A stretch of 64,000 bases of DNA, taken from contig JABMOS010000028.1 in the NCBI GenBank assembly GCA_013203185.1, forward strand, positions 2,292 through 66,291, read 5' to 3'. Positions 58,665 through 64,000 of this stretch are shown in pieces. The notes below the pieces were generated by a model. That model saw nothing but the letters and a program-made list of their open reading frames with translations, had not been told where the DNA came from and made no database searches. A program made the translations under genes and the position numbers. The stretch comes from Fidelibacterota bacterium. GTDB lineage: Bacteria > Fidelibacterota > UBA8477 > JABMPR01. Numbering within the stretch: position 1 is the first letter of the stretch; each line of letters begins with the position of its first letter.

Positions 58665-58784
58665 AGCTCAGCTATATTTGTAAATAGGCAGCCTTCGAGC
58701 CACCGCCTTTGGCGGGGTTCAATTTCCAGTCTATGCCTCACAGCTTCGACTTGGCAGGCAAGGTGACACCGATGGGGAGATATG

Positions 58785-61700
58785 TTATGCCAGCCAGACG
58801 TTTTCTTCACCAAAAGATTCACGGAGCGTTCGGATAAAACCCCGATTTGCAGAGACCCTGGCGCTTCTGGCCATCATTATTCTTTCGCGTTTATCACCTT
58901 CTCTAAGGTGGAAAATCAGAGTACAAGCGCCTGAATATCGCCTGGCAAGAATTTGAGTCTCATCCAGGATATTTCCCGCTAGAAGGGCAGGATCAAAAGC
59001 GATGTGAACTTCTCGTGCATATTCGTTTTGACCTTCTTCAAGAGGAATCACCTTGTTCACAAGGACTTTCAGGTCATCGTCACTTCTTTTTGAAATTCGA
59101 CCCTCCATGTAGACCCTGGAATCATTGGCGATATATTCCTTATACTTGGTAAATGCATCTGAGAAGGCCAGCGCCTCGATGGATCCATCCAGACCATTCA
59201 ATGTGAAAAAAGCCATCTGGTTATTGCGCTTATCATAATGAATTTTCATGCCTGAGATAATGCCGCCAATGCGTACATCCTGCTCATCTCGGCTGGCGCT
59301 CAGATCAATGAGATCAAGATTTGAAAAGGCATTGATTTCACTCTCAAAACCATGTAGGGGATGGCCGGTGAGATAGAACCCGATATACTCCCGCTCCCGA
59401 TTGAGCATATCCATATTATTCCAGGCTGGGGCATCACTGAGTTCTGGATCACGAATCATGGCAGATTCACCACCACCACCAAAGAGATCGGTTTGGTTGG
59501 TGTTTTTAAGCGTTTGAACCCGCTGACCATGATAAACGGCATCTTCTACACTGAGGAATTTCTCCCAACGTGTCCCTGGAAGCGTGTCCATAGCGCCGCT
59601 ACCTACCAGAGCCTCCACCACACCTTTGTTGGTGTTCTGTGAGTCAACCCTGGAACAGAAATCAAAGATAGATTCGAAGGGACCATTGTCCAGGCGTTCC
59701 TGCATGATGACTTCAGCAGCCTTGGAGCCCACCTTTTTGATGGCGTTCAGGCCGTAAATTATACTTTTTCCTTCACCGGGTGCAAAGTGAACCATACTGG
59801 CATTTACATCTGGGGCGATGGTATTGATACCCAGCTTGCGACATTCGGCCAGAAGCATCTGAATCTTGTCAGCGTTGTCCTTTTCAGAGCTCATGTTGGC
59901 AGCCAGAAATTCGACTGGATAGTGGGTCTTCAGATAAGCGGTCTGGTAGGCAATGACCGAATAAGCAGCAGAGTGACTTTTATTAAAACCATATTCTGCA
60001 AATTTCTCAATTAAATCCCATATCTTACTGGCCAGTTTTTCATTGATGTCATTTTTCTTGGCACCACTTATAAACTCTTCCTTCATCTCGTCCATGAGAG
60101 ACTTGATCTTTTTACCCATGGCCCGACGCATTAAATCGGCTTTTGAGAGAGAGAAACCAGCGATCACTGACCCTAGTTGCATGACCTGTTCTTGGTAGAC
60201 GATAATACCGTACGTTTCTTTGAGAATCTCTTCCATCAGGGGATGGAGAGAGGTGACCTTTTGCTCGCCATGTTTACGGGCGATAAAGTCATTAATATTA
60301 CCCATGGGCCCTGGTCGATACAAGGCATTCATGGCAAACAGGTCTTCTAGAACTGTTGGTTTGAGCTTCTTCAGATACTCGCGCATACCCGTAGATTCGA
60401 ACTGGAACAGGCCAATGGTGAGACCATCAGCAAACAATTTATAGACTGCAGGGTCATCCATGGGAATGGCGTTGATATCAATCTCCACCCCCTGAAACTG
60501 CTTAATAAGTTCGATGGCTTCCTGAATGACTGTGAGCGTTCTCAAGCCAAGGAAATCAAATTTGATTAAGCCCACATCCTCCAGCGCTTTCATGTCGTAT
60601 TGGCTGGTTACGGAACCGTCTTTCGCCGACTTATAAAGTGGGATATAATCTGTGAGTTTCCCTGGGGCGATAACCAGACCAGCGGCATGTTTACCAGCAT
60701 TGCGATTCATGCCCTCCAATACTTCGGAATAGTCAAAAAGTTGCTTGTGTACCTCATCCATTTCTGAAGCTTGTTTCAGCTCAGGGCTTTTCTTGAGAGC
60801 TTGAGGCAGTTTGATGCCCAATTCCTCAGGGACCAGCTTGGCGATTCGGTCCGTTTCTTTGATGGGGACTTCCAAGACACGTCCCACATCTCGAATAACA
60901 GCCCGAGCCTTAAGCTTATTGAAAGTAATGATCTGAGTAACTGAATCATGTCCAAAGCGGTCCCGCATGTAGTCGATGACCTCTTCTCGCCTGTCATAAC
61001 AAAAATCGATATCAATATCGGGCATGCTCACACGATCAGGATTCAGAAAGCGCTCAAACAATAAATCATATTGAAGCGGATCGAGGTCAGTAATACCTAA
61101 TGAATATGCTACCAGGCTTCCAGCTGCAGACCCACGACCTGGTCCTACAGGAATGCCTTGTTTTTTGGCATAATTCACAAAGTCGTGAGTAATAAGAAAG
61201 TATCCGGGGAAGCCCATTTTCTTGATGACATCAAGCTCATAATCCAGACGTTCTTTGTAGCGGGTATCGATGTTTTTGACACGATGCTCCATGCCTTCCC
61301 AGGTGATTGCATCGAGGTGGTCATTGAGAGAACGGCCTTCTGGAATGGGAAATTCCGGCATGTGGTTTACACCAGTTTCTAGCTGGAACTGGCACATTTC
61401 ATCAATGCGCAATGTGTTCTCAATGGCTTCTGGAACATCTTTGAACAGTTCGACCATCTGCTCTGCACTTTTGATATAAATGTCTTTGGTGTCATACTTC
61501 ATGCGATTGGTATCACTGACATATTTACCGCGACCGATACAAATCAAGGCATCATGGGCTTTGTGGTGATCTGCGCTGACATAATGGGAATCATTGGTTG
61601 CTACGAGGGGAATGCCAGTATCTTTGGAGACCTTCTGAACCACTTCACGTGCAATGGCCTCCAGCTCAAACTCACGACCTTCAAGGGTAAAGTGACGTTG

Positions 61701-62228
61701 CATCTCCAGAAAGAAATTACCCCGACCAAATATCTCGTCATATTCAATAGCCTGTTCCCTGGCACGGTCGTAATCCCCTCGGGCAGCATGATAGGTAACC
61801 TGTCCACTGAGACAGGCTGTCGTGGCGATCAGACCCTCAGAGTGTTGTCGTAGCATATCTTTATCAACTCGGGGGACAAAATAGAAGCCATCCTGATAGG
61901 CCATGGAAGTCAATTTCATGAGGTTTCGATAGCCCGTGTTATTTTTGGCCAGGAGAACCAGATGATAGGCGCGCTTTCCCTCAGTAGGCAATCGTTTTTC
62001 AGTGTGGAGGCCCGGTGCTACATATGCTTCCATCCCGATAATAGGTTTGATCCCAGCTTTCTTGGCATATTTGTAAAATTCTACAGCACCAAACATGTTG
62101 CCATGATCAGTGAGAGCAAAGCTTTTCATCTCCAGTTCGGAGACCTTGGAAATAATTTGATCTATGCGAGCAGCGCCGTCTAGCAGCGAATAATGGGAGT
62201 GATTGTGAAGGTGAACGAATTCAGCCAC
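58785..62228 (-). CDS. dnaE: DNA polymerase III alpha subunit
   Basis: 1147 aa. PHP domain FVHLHNHSHYSLLDGA, polymerase core, C-terminal OB fold. Confidence 0.97.
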   Translation of the reverse strand: MAEFVHLHNHSHYSLLDGAARIDQIISKVSELEMKSFALTDHGNMFGAVEFYKYAKKAGIKPIIGMEAYVAPGLHTEKRLPTEGKRAYHLVLLAKNNTGYRNLMKLTSMAYQDGFYFVPRVDKDMLRQHSEGLIATTACLSGQVTYHAARGDYDRAREQAIEYDEIFGRGNFFLEMQRHFTLEGREFELEAIAREVVQKVSKDTGIPLVATNDSHYVSADHHKAHDALICIGRGKYVSDTNRMKYDTKDIYIKSAEQMVELFKDVPEAIENTLRIDEMCQFQLETGVNHMPEFPIPEGRSLNDHLDAITWEGMEHRVKNIDTRYKERLDYELDVIKKMGFPGYFLITHDFVNYAKKQGIPVGPGRGSAAGSLVAYSLGITDLDPLQYDLLFERFLNPDRVSMPDIDIDFCYDRREEVIDYMRDRFGHDSVTQIITFNKLKARAVIRDVGRVLEVPIKETDRIAKLVPEELGIKLPQALKKSPELKQASEMDEVHKQLFDYSEVLEGMNRNAGKHAAGLVIAPGKLTDYIPLYKSAKDGSVTSQYDMKALEDVGLIKFDFLGLRTLTVIQEAIELIKQFQGVEIDINAIPMDDPAVYKLFADGLTIGLFQFESTGMREYLKKLKPTVLEDLFAMNALYRPGPMGNINDFIARKHGEQKVTSLHPLMEEILKETYGIIVYQEQVMQLGSVIAGFSLSKADLMRRAMGKKIKSLMDEMKEEFISGAKKNDINEKLASKIWDLIEKFAEYGFNKSHSAAYSVIAYQTAYLKTHYPVEFLAANMSSEKDNADKIQMLLAECRKLGINTIAPDVNASMVHFAPGEGKSIIYGLNAIKKVGSKAAEVIMQERLDNGPFESIFDFCSRVDSQNTNKGVVEALVGSGAMDTLPGTRWEKFLSVEDAVYHGQRVQTLKNTNQTDLFGGGGESAMIRDPELSDAPAWNNMDMLNREREYIGFYLTGHPLHGFESEINAFSNLDLIDLSASRDEQDVRIGGIISGMKIHYDKRNNQMAFFTLNGLDGSIEALAFSDAFTKYKEYIANDSRVYMEGRISKRSDDDLKVLVNKVIPLEEGQNEYAREVHIAFDPALLAGNILDETQILARRYSGACTLIFHLREGDKRERIMMARSARVSANRGFIRTLRESFGEENVWLA

Positions 62229-62266
62229 GGTGTATCCTTATTATGATTCCCTTAAGGGAAAAGCAG

Positions 62267-63100
62267 TTAAAAAGTCTGGCCGAAATATAGAGCAGCGAGA
62301 CCCACAAAAATATCGAGTTTTAAAAACAATTGTGCCCTGGAGTAATTTTTTTTGTTCGGCTGCTTCCATAATATGAATGCGATAACCAGAAGCGGCAGAT
62401 TGATACCCACAATGACTATCCAGAGATAGACATGATTATAAACACCGAGGAAAAATGGGAGGGTATCCAGACCCACAAAAATACCCATGAGCAGGAGCAC
62501 CAACGCAAGCGTTTTGCTTTCTCCCCAGACCAGGGGAAGCGTTCGCGCTTTGTCCTGGGCATCACCCTCCATATCTTCCAGATCCTTTACGATTTCTCGG
62601 ATCAGAGTGAAGCCAAAGGCCAGAGCCGCCATCACCAGGGTCGCCTGAATATTACCAAAAGCCGAGCCGACATAGATAAATGCCAGTCCAAGCATAAATG
62701 AAACTGTCAGATTGCCAATGAGGGGCTGCCGTTTAAAACAGGCCGAGTAAGCAACCAGCGTTGGAATTGAAATGAGTCCCGCAATAATGAAAGCCTCCAT
62801 GGAAATAAACCATGAAAGCACTACCCCAACTGAAAAATTAAAGATAAGATAAAACCGTGCTTGAGCGACACTCATGACACCAGAAGGCAGGGGTCTAGCA
62901 GGTCGATTTATACGATCAATTTCCAGATCGTAGATGTCGTTGATGATATTACCACCAGCGTTAATGGTGATAACCGACAGAATCAACAGGAGGAGCACAT
63001 CCAATTGCCCCAATTCACCTAGAAAAGCTGTTGTGAGAACAACAGCCAGAGTTGCTTGAAGCAGATTAAGGGGTCTGAGAATGGTTATCCAGGGCTGCAT
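62267..63100 (-). CDS. UbiA-family prenyltransferase, archaeal DGGGP-synthase-like
   Basis: Probable start at ATG 63100 (MQPWITILRPL...); the ORF track extends to 63193. First Asp-rich motif NDIYDLEIDRINRPARPLPSG. Second motif KDLEDMEGDAQDKARTLP. About 8 TM helices. Confidence 0.7.
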   Translation of the reverse strand: MQPWITILRPLNLLQATLAVVLTTAFLGELGQLDVLLLLILSVITINAGGNIINDIYDLEIDRINRPARPLPSGVMSVAQARFYLIFNFSVGVVLSWFISMEAFIIAGLISIPTLVAYSACFKRQPLIGNLTVSFMLGLAFIYVGSAFGNIQATLVMAALAFGFTLIREIVKDLEDMEGDAQDKARTLPLVWGESKTLALVLLLMGIFVGLDTLPFFLGVYNHVYLWIVIVGINLPLLVIAFILWKQPNKKNYSRAQLFLKLDIFVGLAALYFGQTF

Positions 63101-63283
63101 GCTCGAAACTAAACCAGAAGCCGTCGTGATGAAGTGAAAAGGCTTCGCCTGAGGGAAGAAACATAGAAGCTCCTTGCTATAACCAACACACAATTATAGT
63201 TTTTAGCACTATCAAGAAATCACCATCTTATTCAATGGTGAAATAGACAGGCAATTATGAAAACTTATTTTTTGGGATCTATT

Positions 63284-64000
63284 ATGAGACGCCTCTCCGT
63301 GCTAACACTTGTTTGCCTGGGCCTATCCAGCGGACTTGCCTACACCACAGAGCGGGTGGTTCTGGTTATCATCGATGGTTTACGCTACAGCGAGGGTTTG
63401 GGTGATGTCAACCATGTCATGGTGCCACAGATGGCCTCCCTGGCTGAACAAGGCGCATTGGTAGGCAATTTTCAAAACGACGGCTATACCTACACAAGTA
63501 GGGCTATCCCGGCTATCTGGTGTGGAGCCTGGACTGAGATTAACACGTTTAGTGATCCTTATTGCAATGGTACCTCAAACAATACCACTGAATTGCCCAC
63601 CGTTTTTGAATATTATCGCAAACAATTGTCCCGACCTGCAGAGGATTGCGTGTATACACTTAAAGAGCTCTGTTCCTGGAAGGCCAGCCTGGATCCAGAT
63701 TATGGCATGGACTATTGGCCACAATATCATGAAGCTGGTGTCACAGATACAGATGTCTGGAATGAAACCCAACAGATCATTGCCAGCCAATCCCCTCGTT
63801 TTTTACTCATGTATCTGGCAGATGTTGATTCCAAGGGACATTCAGGTGTCTGGGATGATTACATCGATGCCATTTCAATAGCTGATGGTATAATCGGTGC
63901 GCTCTGGACAACCCTTCAAGCCGATACTGCTTACGCTGGCAAGACTACTATGCTCATCACCAATGACCACGGTAGACATGATTATAATTTTCAAGGGCAC
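63284..64000 (+). CDS. Alkaline-phosphatase-superfamily protein (phosphodiesterase/nucleotide-pyrophosphatase-like); 3' end lies outside the window (partial)
   Basis: ATG at 63284. Reads MRRLSVLTLVCLGLSSGLAYTTERVVLVIIDGLRYSEGLG...ITNDHGRHD. It is missing from the ORF track because no stop codon falls inside the window. Confidence 0.55.
   Translation, partial: MRRLSVLTLVCLGLSSGLAYTTERVVLVIIDGLRYSEGLGDVNHVMVPQMASLAEQGALVGNFQNDGYTYTSRAIPAIWCGAWTEINTFSDPYCNGTSNNTTELPTVFEYYRKQLSRPAEDCVYTLKELCSWKASLDPDYGMDYWPQYHEAGVTDTDVWNETQQIIASQSPRFLLMYLADVDSKGHSGVWDDYIDAISIADGIIGALWTTLQADTAYAGKTTMLITNDHGRHDYNFQGH

Noticed and set aside
59361-62183. Short plus-strand ORFs inside dnaE
   Set aside because: They are antisense to the dnaE frame, which is continuous over 1147 aa, and carry no independent signals.
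1-64000. CRISPR arrays, transposases, integrases, phage genes
   Set aside because: No direct-repeat/spacer periodicity and no DDE, tyrosine-recombinase or phage structural motifs were seen in any translated ORF.

Overview
The window is about 64 kb of a bacterial chromosome at roughly 45% GC. Gene content looks FCB-group-like (Bacteroidota or a related candidate phylum): a fused ccoNO cbb3 oxidase with a ccoGHIS-type assembly set, a GHL10 lipoprotein, and T9SS-like motor proteins. Most genes are co-directional housekeeping or accessory genes. No rRNA, tRNA, CRISPR array, transposase or integrase was recognised.

Main blocks, in order:
- A periplasmic thiol-disulfide pair (thioredoxin-like gene plus a DsbD-N-domain-like gene) at the left edge.
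- A GHL10 lipoprotein followed by an ABC-2 exporter.
- valS.
- A five-gene cluster at about 14.2-19.9 kb: a TonB-C-domain protein, a GldL/PorL-like two-TM protein, a GldM/PorM-like bitopic protein, and two paralogous beta-barrel-like secreted proteins. This is the most interesting candidate.
- A complete cbb3 oxidase locus: rrf2-ccoI-ccoS-ccoNO-ccoQ-ccoP-ccoG-ccoH.
- A saccharopine-dehydrogenase-like gene with an APC permease.
- An Opp/Dpp-type peptide ABC operon whose ATPase OppD and permease OppB carry unusual insertions, with a four-helix-bundle gene inserted into the operon.
- A transglutaminase-like plus ATP-grasp gene pair.
- A Cys/Met PLP enzyme with hom and lrp; arsC-ogt; a PIN-PhoH gene; a GAF-HD-GYP gene; a second ABC-2 exporter; cvfB; dtd; dnaE.
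- An archaeal-type, DGGGP-synthase-like UbiA prenyltransferase immediately upstream of dnaE.

All calls come from reading translated ORFs and motifs by eye. No database search was run.
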